This document shows, in pieces, positions 30,425-42,048 of a stretch of 64,000 nucleotides of DNA. The stretch covers positions 1,184,001 to 1,248,000 of the forward strand of contig CAXXHO010000003.1 in the NCBI GenBank assembly GCA_963667725.2, given 5' to 3'. Position numbers and translations under genes: made by a program. Each line of letters starts with the position of its first letter. The first letter of the stretch is position 1. Below the pieces are notes generated by a model, which saw only the letters and a list, made by a program, of their open reading frames with translations, was not told where the DNA came from and made no database searches. The stretch is from Treponemataceae bacterium (lineage in GTDB: Bacteria; Spirochaetota; Spirochaetia; Treponematales; Rectinemataceae).

Positions 30425-32035
30425 ATGATCCTTCTGCCGGTTTTTTCAGCGGTTCTCTGCGCCCTATCCCTTCCAAACGAAATATTTCTAACAGGATTCT
30501 GGCCCACAGGCTTTGTGGCGCTGATTCCTCTCTATATAGCCTTGCGTCGCGCCAATAGCCCCAGGCGGTCCGCCCTGATCGGCGCCGTTTTCGGAGCCTT
30601 GAGTCACGCGCTCACTTCGTATTGGCTTTTCTTCTACAAGGATTTCGCTTTCTGGACCCTGGGAGCGACCACCCTCGCCTACGCCATAGTCTACGCCGTC
30701 GCGGCCATGTACTGCAATTTCCTCCTGCGCAATGCAGTCCACGCCTATCGCCCCTTCCTCTTCGCGATCGGATGGGTTGCCTTCGAATATCTCAAGTCTA
30801 TCGGTTTTCTCGGCTATCCCTGGGGGCTGCTCCCCTACTCCCTCAGCTCCATTTCCCTCCTCCTCCAGACGGCCGACACTACAGGTGTCTACGGAATCTC
30901 CTTTCTTCTCGCCCTGTCATCGTCGATAGGGGCGGAACTCATCATGCGGAGAGAAAAGCGGCGCCCGTCCAATCAAGAGCCCAATTTCGCAGCCAAGGGA
31001 GCAGCTTTCCTTGCTTTCACGCTTTTTATCGCCCTCGTCTACGGCCTGGCAGCCGGCCTGCGACCTATTCCCCAGAAAGCGACCATCCGCGCGACCCTCG
31101 TTCAGCAGAACACGGATCCCTGGCTCTCGGGAGAAATGCCCGTGCTGCAGTCCAACATCGATCTGGCCAGACAGGCTTACGAGACGAACAAGGCGGTCGG
31201 CGGTCAGCCCGTAGACCTTATCGTATTCAGCGAAACAAGTCTCCAGCGGCCTTTTACGGAATACCGGCCCTGGTTTGCCAAGAATCCGAAATCCGATCCT
31301 CTCCTGCCTTTTCTTGCCGAAAGCGGATCGCTTCTTCTGACGGGAGCGCCGGTCATTCTCGATTGGGACAAGTACGAAGCCACGAATTCGGTCCTTCTCA
31401 TTTCCAGTCAGGGAAGACTGTTGGATTCCTACGCCAAGATCCACCCTGTTCCCTTCGCCGAGGCCATACCTCTATGGGAATATGACTGGTTCAGGAAGTT
31501 CATGCAGGATGTCGTCGGGCTGGAAAGCGGCTGGGTTATGGGCAACGAGATCACTATGTTTTCCATCACGCCCAGGGCTTCCGGCGGTACGGAGATTAAA
31601 TTCGGCACCCCCATCTGCTTCGAGGATGCCTTTGCCGATCTCTGCCGCCAGTATTTCCTGAAAGGAGCCGACCTCCTCATAAACCTGACGAACGATTCCT
31701 GGTCCAGGACGAAAAGCGCCCAGATCCAGCACTGGGCGATAGCGAGGATAAGGGCCATAGAGAACAGGCGAACCCTGGTGCGAAGCACGAATTCGGGCGT
31801 TTCCTGCGTCGTGGACGCCTGGGGCAACACACTGTACGAGATGCCCCAGTTCGAGGCCCAGTCCATGACGGTCGACATACCCGTCTACGCCCCTTCCGAG
31901 CCTACGCTTTATACAAGGTACGGCGACTGGTTCGCGGAACTCTGCGCGTTACTTTTGGCTTTCTGCGGCATTATTAATGGTGTGAGGTTCCGCAGGAAAC
32001 TGGCTTGCGCGGACAGGGGAAATGTCCTTTACTAG
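30425..32035 (+). CDS. lnt: Apolipoprotein N-acyltransferase
   Basis: GYPWG plus catalytic triad contexts FSET, KIHPVPFAE, ICFED; NLTNDSW, RAIENRR. Confidence 0.94.
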   Translation: MILLPVFSAVLCALSLPNEIFLTGFWPTGFVALIPLYIALRRANSPRRSALIGAVFGALSHALTSYWLFFYKDFAFWTLGATTLAYAIVYAVAAMYCNFLLRNAVHAYRPFLFAIGWVAFEYLKSIGFLGYPWGLLPYSLSSISLLLQTADTTGVYGISFLLALSSSIGAELIMRREKRRPSNQEPNFAAKGAAFLAFTLFIALVYGLAAGLRPIPQKATIRATLVQQNTDPWLSGEMPVLQSNIDLARQAYETNKAVGGQPVDLIVFSETSLQRPFTEYRPWFAKNPKSDPLLPFLAESGSLLLTGAPVILDWDKYEATNSVLLISSQGRLLDSYAKIHPVPFAEAIPLWEYDWFRKFMQDVVGLESGWVMGNEITMFSITPRASGGTEIKFGTPICFEDAFADLCRQYFLKGADLLINLTNDSWSRTKSAQIQHWAIARIRAIENRRTLVRSTNSGVSCVVDAWGNTLYEMPQFEAQSMTVDIPVYAPSEPTLYTRYGDWFAELCALLLAFCGIINGVRFRRKLACADRGNVLY

Positions 32036-32067
32036 GAATATCATTCGCTGGAGATAAGGAGGAGGCC

Positions 32068-32967
<900 letters not shown>

Positions 32968-32994
32968 ACTCTCAGGAGGGCGTGGAGGCAGTCC

Positions 32995-33849
32995 ATGCAC
33001 GATGCCGAGTATTTTTCCCGTCTCGAGGACGCCCGCGTCCAATGCAGGTTATGTCCCCATGCCTGTATCCTGGGCGAGGCGGACAGCGGAACATGCCGGA
33101 CGAGGATGAACGAAGGCGGCAAAATGCTGCTTCCTTTCTACGGCCTCATATCATCCATAGCCCTCGATCCCATCGAGAAAAAACCGCTTCGCCGCTTTCT
33201 ACCCGGAACCAGGACTTTTTCCGTCGGGTTCTGGCACTGCACGATGCGTTGCCCCTTCTGCCAGAACTGGGAAATCGCCCAGCCCAGAACCGTGGAAGCC
33301 AGAGTCATCAGCCCCGAAGCCTTGGTCGATATGGCCCGCGATTCCGGCCTGCCTTCCATAAGTTTCACCTATTCCGAACCCTGTCTTCATATAGAATATG
33401 TCAAGGAATGCATGAGGCTGGCACGGGCGCAGGGATTGAAGACTGTGCTCGTGACGAACGGCAACCTCCTCGAAGCGCCCGCCAGAGACATCCTTTCGTT
33501 CACCGACGCGACAAACATCGATCTCAAGTGCTACTCGGCCTCTACCTACCATAACAAGCTCGGCGGAGAACTTGAGACTGTTAAGAAATTCATACAAATT
33601 GCCATCGCTTCCTGCCACACTGAGATCACCTCGCTTCTCGTCCCGGGCATCTTGGACAGCGAGGAAGAAATGCGGGGCATCGCTTCCTTCCTCGGCTTCC
33701 TTTCCAGAGAGATACCCCTCCATATAACGCCCTATCATCCCGCCTTCCAATGGAACCTGCCGCCTCTCTCGAGCCGGGAAATGGATAGAATCGCCGCTCC
33801 CGCCTTTGAATATCTGAACAATGTGTACGTCGCCCAACCCATTTACTGA
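32995..33849 (+). CDS. amrS: AmmeMemoRadiSam system radical SAM enzyme
   Basis: CRLCPHAC, DPIEKKPL, CTMRCPFCQNWEI (CxxxCxxC), FTYSEP, NIDLK. Confidence 0.88.
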   Translation: MHDAEYFSRLEDARVQCRLCPHACILGEADSGTCRTRMNEGGKMLLPFYGLISSIALDPIEKKPLRRFLPGTRTFSVGFWHCTMRCPFCQNWEIAQPRTVEARVISPEALVDMARDSGLPSISFTYSEPCLHIEYVKECMRLARAQGLKTVLVTNGNLLEAPARDILSFTDATNIDLKCYSASTYHNKLGGELETVKKFIQIAIASCHTEITSLLVPGILDSEEEMRGIASFLGFLSREIPLHITPYHPAFQWNLPPLSSREMDRIAAPAFEYLNNVYVAQPIY

Positions 33850-33885
33850 AAATCGGCAGGGAATTTAAAAAAAACATTTTTCCCC

Positions 33886-33914
33886 TTGACATAAAAAGGA
33901 GTTTTCGTCATTGT
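33886..33914 (+). promoter_or_regulatory. Sigma70 promoter of the tRNA His-Arg-Lys unit
   Basis: AT-rich UP element, then TTGACA-17 bp-CATTGT. Confidence 0.55.
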
Positions 33915-33932
33915 ATTGCCTGCCGATTGCAC

Positions 33933-34006
33933 GGTGGGTGTAGCTCAGGTGGTAGAGTGCCAGACTGTGGATCTGGTTGTCGTGGGTTCAAACCCCATCA
34001 CCCACC
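33933..34006 (+). tRNA. tRNA-His (GTG)
   Basis: Cloverleaf with G-1; anticodon arm CCAGA-CTGTGGA-TCTGG; no encoded CCA. Confidence 0.95.
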
Positions 34007-34060
34007 CGAGTCCAGATCCCGCACCATACTGTTGGAATTGGGTCTGTGCCTTGATTAGAC

Positions 34061-34134
34061 GCGTTCGTAGCTCAGCTGGATAGAGCGACGGACTTCGAAT
34101 CCGTAGGTCGCAGGTTCGATTCCTGTCGGACGCA
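34061..34134 (+). tRNA. tRNA-Arg (TCG)
   Basis: Anticodon arm ACGGA-CTTCGAA-TCCGT; GGTTCGA T-loop. Confidence 0.95.
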
Positions 34135-34147
34135 TGTTTTGTTTTTT

Positions 34148-34220
34148 GGGCCGCTAGCTCAGCTGGCAGAGCAACAGACTCTTAATCTGTGGGTCGCAGG
34201 TTCGAAACCTGCGCGGCTCA
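34148..34220 (+). tRNA. tRNA-Lys (CTT)
   Basis: Anticodon arm ACAGA-CTCTTAA-TCTGT; GGTTCGA T-loop. Confidence 0.95.
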
Positions 34221-34271
34221 TGAGCAAGGTGATCGGTCAACTTCCGCCTGGCGCAAGTTGACTGCTCTCTC

Positions 34272-34301
34272 TTGACAACGCGGTGGTCGTTCCGCTAGGA
34301 T
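34272..34301 (+). promoter_or_regulatory. Sigma70 promoter of the tRNA Leu-Gly unit
   Basis: TTGACA-18 bp-TAGGAT, 11 nt before tRNA-Leu. Confidence 0.6.
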
Positions 34302-34312
34302 GCGCTTCGTGC

Positions 34313-34393
34313 GCGAGAGTGGTGGAATGGCAGACACGCTAGACTTAGGATCTAGTGCCTTACGGCGTGAGGGTTCAAGTCCCTTCTCTCGCA
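34313..34393 (+). tRNA. tRNA-Leu (TAG)
   Basis: Anticodon arm CTAGA-CTTAGGA-TCTAG; long variable arm. Confidence 0.95.
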
Positions 34394-34446
34394 GGTTGTT
34401 CCTGCTTAGCGCGGGAATCGGCTGCATCGAGAAGGCGCGTAATTGC

Positions 34447-34521
34447 GCGGGAATAGCTCAGTGGTAGAGCGCGACCTTGCCAAGGTCGATGTCGCGGGTC
34501 CGACTCCCGTTTCCCGCTCCA
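34447..34521 (+). tRNA. tRNA-Gly (GCC)
   Basis: Anticodon arm CGACC-TTGCCAA-GGTCG; encoded CCA; atypical T-loop TCCGACT. Confidence 0.93.
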
Positions 34522-34528
34522 ACAATGT

Positions 34529-34563
34529 GGCGATTCGGAACCTGCCGAATCGCCTTTTTTTTT
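34529..34563 (+). terminator. Intrinsic terminator after the tRNA cluster
   Basis: GGCGATTCGG-AACCTG-CCGAATCGCC followed by T9. Confidence 0.9.
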
Positions 34564-34661
34564 GTGCTTCACGGGGATATACTTAACTGATAAACGGCCT
34601 CGTAAAGCTACCAATGCCTGCCTTTGACGGCGAGGCTAAACTTTCCTTCCGAGAGGAACTT

Positions 34662-36017
34662 ATGGTGATTTCTGAAAAGAAGACCGAAAAGCTCGAACAC
34701 TCCAAAGTCAAGATGACGGCAACCGTCCCGGCCGCCGATGTCCGAACGATCTACGATGAAATGATGAATGAATACACCCGCAGCGTCAAGCTGGACGGAT
34801 TCAGGAAGGGCCATGTGCCCGCCTCAGTCCTCGAGAGGAAGTTCGGGGACAGCCTCAGGCTCGATGCCATGAGCAGGGTTCTCGAGAAGGCCGTGGAAGC
34901 GGCGCTCGCTGACAGCGAGGAAAAGCCCCTCGCCTACGAAGCCCCAGCCCTCGACGGCGAACCTGAATTCGCGGTCGACAAGGATTTTACCTTCAGCGTC
35001 ACCTACGACATTTTCCCTGTCTTCGCGATTCCTTCCCTCGACGCGATCGAGATTTCCCTTCCCAAGGTGGAAGTCAGCGAAGACGATATGAACCGCGAGC
35101 TCGATCAGGTTCGCGACAGGAACGCCATCGTCGTCGAGAAGACTGAAGCCGCCGTCAAGGGCGACATCGTTACCCTCAACTGGTCGGAGCTGAACGCGGA
35201 AGGCGCCGCCGTAGAAGGCAGTTCGCGCGAGGATTTCACGTTCGAGATCGGCAAGGGCCTTAACCTCTATAAGTTCGACGACGAAATCGTCGGCATGGCG
35301 GCCGGGGACAGCAAGACCTTCAGCAAAACCTATGCCGAGGACTTCGAATACAAGGAACTGGCGGGCAAGACTGTCACGCTTTCCGTGAAAGTGACCAAGG
35401 TCAAGCAGAAGAACCTTCCCGCCCTGGACGACGAGCTCGCCCAGGATATCTCCGAAAAGTACAAAACCCTCGACGACCTGAAGAAGGCCCTGAGGACGCA
35501 GCTCCAGACTTCCCTCGACGCCCGCCTCCGCGAGCTCAAAGAAAAGGCGATCATCGATGAACTGCTCAAAAGAACGAGCATCGATATTCCCGAATCCATG
35601 AGTGCTGCCGAGCTTTCGATGCGCTGGGATTCCCTCAAGCGCGAGATGGGCATCGATACCGACGAGAAAATGGAAAGAATAGCCGAATATTCAGGCAAGA
35701 GCCGCGCCCAGCTCTATGAAGACTGGAAGCCCCTCGTCCAGAAGGCTATCTCCGGCAGGCTTGTCCTCGACAAGCTGATCGAAGCCGGGTCCTTCGTGGC
35801 CACCGACGCTGATCTCGCCGCCGAATACGCAAAGCAAGCCGAAGGAACATCCATGTCGGCCGAGGAAGTGAAGGCCGAGTACGAAAAGCGCCAGTCCGTC
35901 GAGTACCTGAAAGAACACATCTGCGAAAACAAGTTTTTCGATTCCGTCCTCGCGAGCGCTGTAATCAAGGAAGGCGAAGCGGTCTCCTTTGTGGACTTCA
36001 TGGGCAGGAATGAGTAA
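34662..36017 (+). CDS. tig: Trigger factor
   Basis: GFRKGHVP ribosome-binding motif and FKBP-like domain; tig-clpP-clpX order. Confidence 0.95.
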   Translation: MVISEKKTEKLEHSKVKMTATVPAADVRTIYDEMMNEYTRSVKLDGFRKGHVPASVLERKFGDSLRLDAMSRVLEKAVEAALADSEEKPLAYEAPALDGEPEFAVDKDFTFSVTYDIFPVFAIPSLDAIEISLPKVEVSEDDMNRELDQVRDRNAIVVEKTEAAVKGDIVTLNWSELNAEGAAVEGSSREDFTFEIGKGLNLYKFDDEIVGMAAGDSKTFSKTYAEDFEYKELAGKTVTLSVKVTKVKQKNLPALDDELAQDISEKYKTLDDLKKALRTQLQTSLDARLRELKEKAIIDELLKRTSIDIPESMSAAELSMRWDSLKREMGIDTDEKMERIAEYSGKSRAQLYEDWKPLVQKAISGRLVLDKLIEAGSFVATDADLAAEYAKQAEGTSMSAEEVKAEYEKRQSVEYLKEHICENKFFDSVLASAVIKEGEAVSFVDFMGRNE

Positions 36018-36073
36018 TTTGTAAGGGCTTGAATGCTACTGAACATAATTGCCATAGCTCTAAGGAAACCGCG

Positions 36074-36694
36074 ATGAATGAACAAATGAACAATCTGGTG
36101 CCCATCGTCATTGAACAGACGGGCATCGGTGAACGATCCTACGATATCTACTCCCGTCTTCTCAAAGACCGCGTCGTGTTCATCGACGGGGAAATCAACG
36201 ATATCACCGCCGACCTTATCGTCGCGCAGCTGCTCTTCCTGGAATCCCAGGATCCGGGAAGGGACATTTCCATCTATATCAACTGCCCGGGAGGCTCGGT
36301 TACCGCCGGCCTCTCCATCTACGACACGATCCAGTACATCAAGCCCGACGTACAGACAATCTGCCTCGGCCAGGCCTCGTCCATGGCCGCTCTCATTCTC
36401 GCCTGCGGCACGCCCGGCAAACGCTTCGCCCTTCCCTCCTCGAGGATTCTCATCCACCAGCCCTGGGGAAACGCTTCGGGCCAGTCCAGCGACATAAGCC
36501 TTCAGGCTCGCGAGATTGTCCGCCTCAAGAAACTCACCATCGAATACTTTGCCCGTCATACGGGCAAGGAAATCGAGCGCCTAGCATCCGACATGGAACG
36601 CGATTTCTACATGAGCGCGCAGGAAGCCATCGAATACGGCCTGGCGGATAAAATTATGGAGTCCAGAAAGCATGCCCAAATCCAAAAAGCCTGA
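36074..36694 (+). CDS. clpP: ATP-dependent Clp protease proteolytic subunit
   Basis: [29 protein letters not shown]. Confidence 0.97.
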   Translation: MNEQMNNLVPIVIEQTGIGERSYDIYSRLLKDRVVFIDGEINDITADLIVAQLLFLESQDPGRDISIYINCPGGSVTAGLSIYDTIQYIKPDVQTICLGQASSMAALILACGTPGKRFALPSSRILIHQPWGNASGQSSDISLQAREIVRLKKLTIEYFARHTGKEIERLASDMERDFYMSAQEAIEYGLADKIMESRKHAQIQKA

Positions 36695-37925
36695 ACAGTC
36701 TGAACCGGAAGCTTTCTGTTCCTTCTGCGGCAAAAGCAACGCGTTCGCGAAAAAAATGATCGCCGGTCCAGGCGTGAATATCTGCGATGAGTGCATCAAT
36801 GTCTGCGAGCAGATTCTCAGGGAGGAAGAGCAGAAAATATCCTCCTCTTTCCTCGAGGACGTGCCTAAGCCCAAGGCTATCAAGGATTATCTCGACAATT
36901 ACGTCATCGGCCAGGATTCCGCGAAGCGCGTGCTGTCGGTGGCCGTCTACAACCATTACAAGCGCATACAGCATCGGCAGATCGCCGATTCGGACGTCGA
37001 ACTCGAAAAGGCCAACGTCCTCCTCATCGGCCCCACGGGGACCGGAAAGACTCTTCTCGCCAAGACCCTCGCCAAAAAGCTGAAGGTTCCCTTCGCCATC
37101 GCCGACGCCACCACGCTCACGGAAGCCGGCTACGTAGGCGAGGACGTGGAGAATATCCTCCTAAAGCTCATTCAGGCCGCCGGCGGCAACATAGAGGCGG
37201 CGGAGCGCGGCATCATCTATATCGACGAAATCGATAAGATCGCGCGCAAGAGCGAGAACGCCTCGATAACGCGCGACGTTTCGGGCGAAGGCGTCCAGCA
37301 AGCACTCCTGAAGATCATCGAGGGAACCATCGCGAACGTCCCTCCTCAGGGCGGGCGCAAGCATCCCAACCAGGAATATCTCAAGATAGACACCACGAAC
37401 ATCCTGTTCATTTTCGGCGGCGCCTTCGTCAGTCTCGACAAGATCATCGAGTCGAGAGTATCCAGCCACGCGCTCGGCTTCGGGGCCGACATCAAGCTGC
37501 ACAGCGAGAAGAATCTCCACGAAATATATTCGCATCTGCATCCGGACGATCTCATCAGGTTTGGCATGATACCTGAGTTCATCGGCCGCCTTCCCATCCA
37601 CGTCGCCCTGGACGATCTCAGCAAGGATGACCTGAAACGCATCATAACCGAACCGAGAAATTCGGTGCTGCGCCAGTACCAGGCCTCCCTGAAGCTGGAT
37701 AACGTTGAACTCGTCTTCGAGAACGACGCCGTGGAGGCGATCGCTGAAAAGGCGATTTCGCAGAAAACGGGAGCCAGGGGCCTCCGCTCCATCGTCGAAG
37801 CCATGATGATAGACATCATGTTCGACCTTCCTAGCGAAAAAGGCATTAAACGCGTCATCATAAACAAGGCTGTCGTGGAAGGTACGATTCCCTGCATCGT
37901 CGAATATGAAAAAAAGACGGCTTGA
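36672..37925 (+). CDS. clpX: ATP-dependent Clp protease ATP-binding subunit
   Basis: CSFCG zinc finger, [19 protein letters not shown] loop, TGARGLR. Confidence 0.97.
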   Translation: MPKSKKPEQSEPEAFCSFCGKSNAFAKKMIAGPGVNICDECINVCEQILREEEQKISSSFLEDVPKPKAIKDYLDNYVIGQDSAKRVLSVAVYNHYKRIQHRQIADSDVELEKANVLLIGPTGTGKTLLAKTLAKKLKVPFAIADATTLTEAGYVGEDVENILLKLIQAAGGNIEAAERGIIYIDEIDKIARKSENASITRDVSGEGVQQALLKIIEGTIANVPPQGGRKHPNQEYLKIDTTNILFIFGGAFVSLDKIIESRVSSHALGFGADIKLHSEKNLHEIYSHLHPDDLIRFGMIPEFIGRLPIHVALDDLSKDDLKRIITEPRNSVLRQYQASLKLDNVELVFENDAVEAIAEKAISQKTGARGLRSIVEAMMIDIMFDLPSEKGIKRVIINKAVVEGTIPCIVEYEKKTA

Positions 37926-37957
37926 GAGATTGCGCCAGCCAGGCGCCTAAATTCGCA

Positions 37958-38048
37958 ACACCGGGGTGTCACGAAATCCTTCGTTGAAGGATATCGTGTC
38001 TGAGATAAGACCCGATGAACCTGATCCGGGTAATACCGGCGGAGGGAG
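37958..38048 (+). ncRNA. TPP riboswitch (THI element)
   Basis: GGGGTG...CTGAGA...ACCC..GAACCTGATCCGGGTAATACCGGCGGAGGGA, ending at the RBS of thiB, which suggests translational control. Confidence 0.93.
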
Positions 38049-38050
38049 AA

Positions 38051-39106
38051 ATGAATACCATTCGTTTCTTTAAAACGAGGACTTCACGCAAGTCTTTCGT
38101 CGCATTTTTTTCCACGGTCCTTATGACCGTCCTTGTAGCGATCCTGGCGACATCCTGCCAGGAGGCCGAATCCAAAAACCTGACCGTATGGACCTACGAC
38201 TCCTTCGTGTCCGAATGGGGTCCGGGCGCTGGGCTCGCGAAGCTCTACGAGGAAAAAACCGGCACGAAAGTGGAATTCGTATCCAAGGGCGATGGAGGCG
38301 GGCTTCTCGCCGCCGTCCTCAATGCCGGCAAGAAAGCCGAAGCCGATATCGTCATCGGACTCGACGACAACATGGCCGGACAAGCCCTGAAAACCGGCTT
38401 ATTCAGCAGCGTCACGTTGAACAATCTCCCCAAAATCGATCCCAAACTCCTTGTGGATGAAAAAAATCGGCTCATTCCCTACGATTACGGCAACTTCGCC
38501 ATCATATGGGACAGCGAGTCCGGAATAACGCCTCCCTCCAGCCTGGAAGATCTCACGAAACCCGAGTATGCCAAAAAACTGATACTAATGGATCCGCGCA
38601 CCTCGACGCCCGGCCTGGGATTCCTCGCCTGGACCCAGGCGATCTATGGGGAAAACTGGCAGGATTACTGGAAGCGCCTGGGTCCGTCGGTGCTCGCGAT
38701 GACGCCCGGCTGGGACACAGGCTATGGGCTTTTCACGAAGGGAGAGGCGCCTCTAGTCCTGAGCTACAGCACGAGTCCAGCCTATCACAAGGCATACGAG
38801 AACACCGAACGATACAAAGCCCTTGTTTTCGCCGAAGGGCATTCGGCCCAAATAGAACTGGCAGGCCTCCTCTCCTCATCCAAACACAAAAAGGAAGCGG
38901 AAAGATTCCTCGACTTCCTCATCTCCGAGGAAGCGCAGGCCATCCTGCCCGAAACCCAGTGGATGTATCCCGCCAACGGATCTACGACGCTCCCCGCATC
39001 CTTCTCCGTCGTGCCGGTCGATATCGTCACCCTGAAAACGGGAATCGCCGATTTCCGTAGCGATTCCGAAACGGCGGCGGCTTTGCTGGCTGAAGCGGCC
39101 CGCTGA
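38051..39106 (+). CDS. thiB: Thiamine ABC transporter substrate-binding lipoprotein
   Basis: TYDSFVSEWGPG, DPRTSTPG, SYSTSPAY, QWMYP; follows the TPP riboswitch. Confidence 0.92.
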   Translation: MNTIRFFKTRTSRKSFVAFFSTVLMTVLVAILATSCQEAESKNLTVWTYDSFVSEWGPGAGLAKLYEEKTGTKVEFVSKGDGGGLLAAVLNAGKKAEADIVIGLDDNMAGQALKTGLFSSVTLNNLPKIDPKLLVDEKNRLIPYDYGNFAIIWDSESGITPPSSLEDLTKPEYAKKLILMDPRTSTPGLGFLAWTQAIYGENWQDYWKRLGPSVLAMTPGWDTGYGLFTKGEAPLVLSYSTSPAYHKAYENTERYKALVFAEGHSAQIELAGLLSSSKHKKEAERFLDFLISEEAQAILPETQWMYPANGSTTLPASFSVVPVDIVTLKTGIADFRSDSETAAALLAEAAR

Positions 39107-39124
39107 GACGGTGAGGGAATCCCG

Positions 39125-40903
39125 ATGAGAGGCAGGAACGCGAGTTCCCTGAAGGCTATCGCCTTCGTGGCGGTGGCCTTCACCCTATCTCCGCTTATCG
39201 CCTTCTCGCTGTCTTCCTTTCAGAGTACAGCGGGAAGCGTCTATCCTGGCGTCGCCATTCCTGGCGTCGCCAGGAATGGCGATGCCGGAAGTGGCGGCGC
39301 GGTTTCGGCGGCTCTCCTCGTACGCTCGCTTTTTTCTCCGTCCACCCTCGCGGCCCTCAAATTCAGCCTGACCCAGGCCTTCTTAAGCACTTTGCTCGCC
39401 CTGATCATCGGTTTTCCGGGCGCCTATTTCATCGCCAAATACGACTTTCGCGGCAGGCGCTTCTTTCTGGCGCTCGCCGCGATTCCTTTCTGCCTTCCGT
39501 CCATACTGGTCATTCTTTCCTTCATCCTTTACTACGGAAAAAACGGCTGGTTTACTCAGGCCCTTTCCTTGGCAGGCCTGGAATGGCAGGGCGGCAGCCT
39601 CCTCTACTCGCTCTGGGGACTCGTCTTCGTCCATGCCTTCTACAACTTTCCCATAATCATCCAGAACGTCGGCTCTGTCTGGGCCAAGATGCCCAGAAGT
39701 AGGGAGGAGGCGGCCAGAACCCTGGGCGCCGGCAGACTGCGCGCATTTTCAGTAGGCACCCTTCCCTATCTCCTGCCCTCCATCCTCCAGTCCGCCAGCC
39801 TGGTCTTCCTATTCTGCTTTTTCAGCTTCACTATCGTCCTCGTGTTCGGCGGCCTGGCCGGCACGACGCTGGAAGTGGGAATCTACAGGGCGATACGGTT
39901 TACGAACGACAAGCCCAAAGCACTCGTCCTCGCTTTTGCGCAGACCGTCATAGCCCTCCTGGCTGTGGGCGCCTTTTCGCATTTCGACAGGAAAAGCGTC
40001 GCGGCGGCGAAGGGTTTCGGGGAGTCGCCCTCGCGCGGATCGCCCTCGGGAGCCGCCATTACCGCTATCGTCGCGTACTTCGCGCTCATCGTCGTGTTTT
40101 TCCTGGGTCCCCTCTTCGCGCTTGCCGCCGAGGCGTTCATGGTGCGAAGCTCCATGGCGGGGGGGATCCGGTTCGGGCTGGATAATTTCGCGCGCCTGCT
40201 TGGCTTGAACATCTTCGGGACTCGTCCCTCCGGCGCGAACCTCACGGGCGGCGCCCCGCTGCTGAAGGCCGCGGCCTACAGTCTTCTCCTGAGCGGGTCG
40301 GCCGCCCTCTTGGCTACTTTTTTCGGCCTGGCGATCGCCGCCTCATCGCATTACGGCGAAAGAACGACCTTAGGCAAAGGCCCGAGCGGCTGGAAGGGGC
40401 TTCTCGGCATCGGCGGCGCGAGAACTTCGCTGAGCGGCTGGATCACTTTGCTGCCGCTCGCCCTTTCGCCCGCCCTCATCACGGCGGGATGGAGCGCGCT
40501 GCTCGATTCTAGCGGCGGCATCCTCATCGTGATCGGCCAGACATCGATCGCCTGGCCCTTTGTCGCCCGCTCCCTCTCGGCGGCTTTCTCGGCCCTCGAC
40601 AGGAGAAAGAACGAGGCGGCGCGGACGTTAGGTTCCGGGCCTTTCCACGCTCTCGCGCGCGTGGACGCGGCCATCATCGCGCCCTCGGTGGCCAGCGCCG
40701 CCGCCTTCGCCTTCTCCATCACCATGGGCGACGTCAATATTCCTCTCATCCTCGGAAGCGGGAAGTACGAGACACTCCCCCTTCTGCTCTACAGGCTCAC
40801 CTCATCGTATCGCTTCAACGAGGCTTGCGCGGTGGGCATCATCCTGGCGATCTTCACGAGCGTCGCTTTTTTCTTCAAAGAGAGAACCAATGAATCATCT
40901 TGA
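39125..40903 (+). CDS. thiP: Thiamine ABC transporter permease (duplicated TM domains)
   Basis: HAFYNFP and two EAARTLG loops; operon position. Confidence 0.85.
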   Translation: MRGRNASSLKAIAFVAVAFTLSPLIAFSLSSFQSTAGSVYPGVAIPGVARNGDAGSGGAVSAALLVRSLFSPSTLAALKFSLTQAFLSTLLALIIGFPGAYFIAKYDFRGRRFFLALAAIPFCLPSILVILSFILYYGKNGWFTQALSLAGLEWQGGSLLYSLWGLVFVHAFYNFPIIIQNVGSVWAKMPRSREEAARTLGAGRLRAFSVGTLPYLLPSILQSASLVFLFCFFSFTIVLVFGGLAGTTLEVGIYRAIRFTNDKPKALVLAFAQTVIALLAVGAFSHFDRKSVAAAKGFGESPSRGSPSGAAITAIVAYFALIVVFFLGPLFALAAEAFMVRSSMAGGIRFGLDNFARLLGLNIFGTRPSGANLTGGAPLLKAAAYSLLLSGSAALLATFFGLAIAASSHYGERTTLGKGPSGWKGLLGIGGARTSLSGWITLLPLALSPALITAGWSALLDSSGGILIVIGQTSIAWPFVARSLSAAFSALDRRKNEAARTLGSGPFHALARVDAAIIAPSVASAAAFAFSITMGDVNIPLILGSGKYETLPLLLYRLTSSYRFNEACAVGIILAIFTSVAFFFKERTNESS

Positions 40904-42047
40904 AATTTCAGGTTTGGGCTTCGCGCGCGGAGATTTCAGCCTCTCGGCATCCCTCGCTCTGGAGAAGGGCATGACAGGCGTCATACTGGGGCCATCGGGC
41001 TGCGGCAAGACCACGCTGCTTCGGTGCGTCGCCGGCCTGGAGCGCCAGAACTCGGGGAGCATCGTCGTCGAAGGCAGGGAAATCGGCCTTATGCCGCCGG
41101 AACAACGCAATATCGGCTTCGTATTCCAGGACCTCGCTCTTTTCGATCATCTGACGGGGAGGAAAAACATCGAGTTCGGCCTCGAGCGGAGAAAAATCCG
41201 CGGGACAGAGGCAGGCCTCATCGTCGAAACCCTGGCCGAGAAACTGAGAATAACAGCGCTGCTCGACCGAAGGCCATTCGCCATGTCCGGAGGCGAAAGG
41301 CAGAGGCTGGCCTTCGCGAGAGCCATCGCGGCAAAACCGGGCCTCCTCCTCATGGACGAGCCCCTCTCCTCGCTCGACGCGCCCCTCAGGCGGGAGCTGA
41401 GGGCTTATCTGCGATCGACGCTTTCGCGCGAAGGCATAACCGCGCTTCACGTGACCCACGATGTGGAAGAAGCCCTGGAACTGGGCGACAGGATTTTTCT
41501 CATGAACGCGGGAAGAATCCTCGCCGGAGGCACGCCTCAGGCCATCTACGAGAATCCGCCCGACGCATGGTGCGTTCGCTTCCTCGGGCTGGGCTCTCTC
41601 CTGCCGGTGAAGGCCATTGAGGCTCATGGAGAGGGCTGGATGGTGGCCGTCACTCCCTTCGGCCGCTTTACATGCCCTGCGGCCGCCTGCAAGGTAGACG
41701 GAAAGGACGGCGGGGATCATGGCGTCTTTTTCTTCATACCGAGGAAGGCCGTTTATGTAGCGGAAGCCGCAGCAGCGGTCGCGGCCGCGGCGGAAGCGAC
41801 CGGCATCGACCGCATGGACGCGATCGTGGAAAGGGTGGTTTTTCAGGGCAATTACAGAAGGATAGCGCTGAGGCCCTTGCTTTCCAGACAGCGGGTCGGC
41901 GGCATCGGCGCGGAAAGCTCCGGCGCGGAGGATGTCATCGAGATGGAAGCCGATCTTTCGTTCAGAATCGTCCCGGGCGAGAAAATCAGGCTTTCCATCG
42001 ATCCGGGGAAATGCGGCATCCTGCCCCTGCACGCAACGGCCGGCTGA
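40890..42047 (+). CDS. thiQ: Thiamine ABC transporter ATP-binding protein
   Basis: GPSGCGKT, MSGGERQR, MDEP, VTHD; operon position. Confidence 0.8.
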   Translation: MNHLEISGLGFARGDFSLSASLALEKGMTGVILGPSGCGKTTLLRCVAGLERQNSGSIVVEGREIGLMPPEQRNIGFVFQDLALFDHLTGRKNIEFGLERRKIRGTEAGLIVETLAEKLRITALLDRRPFAMSGGERQRLAFARAIAAKPGLLLMDEPLSSLDAPLRRELRAYLRSTLSREGITALHVTHDVEEALELGDRIFLMNAGRILAGGTPQAIYENPPDAWCVRFLGLGSLLPVKAIEAHGEGWMVAVTPFGRFTCPAAACKVDGKDGGDHGVFFFIPRKAVYVAEAAAAVAAAAEATGIDRMDAIVERVVFQGNYRRIALRPLLSRQRVGGIGAESSGAEDVIEMEADLSFRIVPGEKIRLSIDPGKCGILPLHATAG

Positions 42048-42048
42048 C

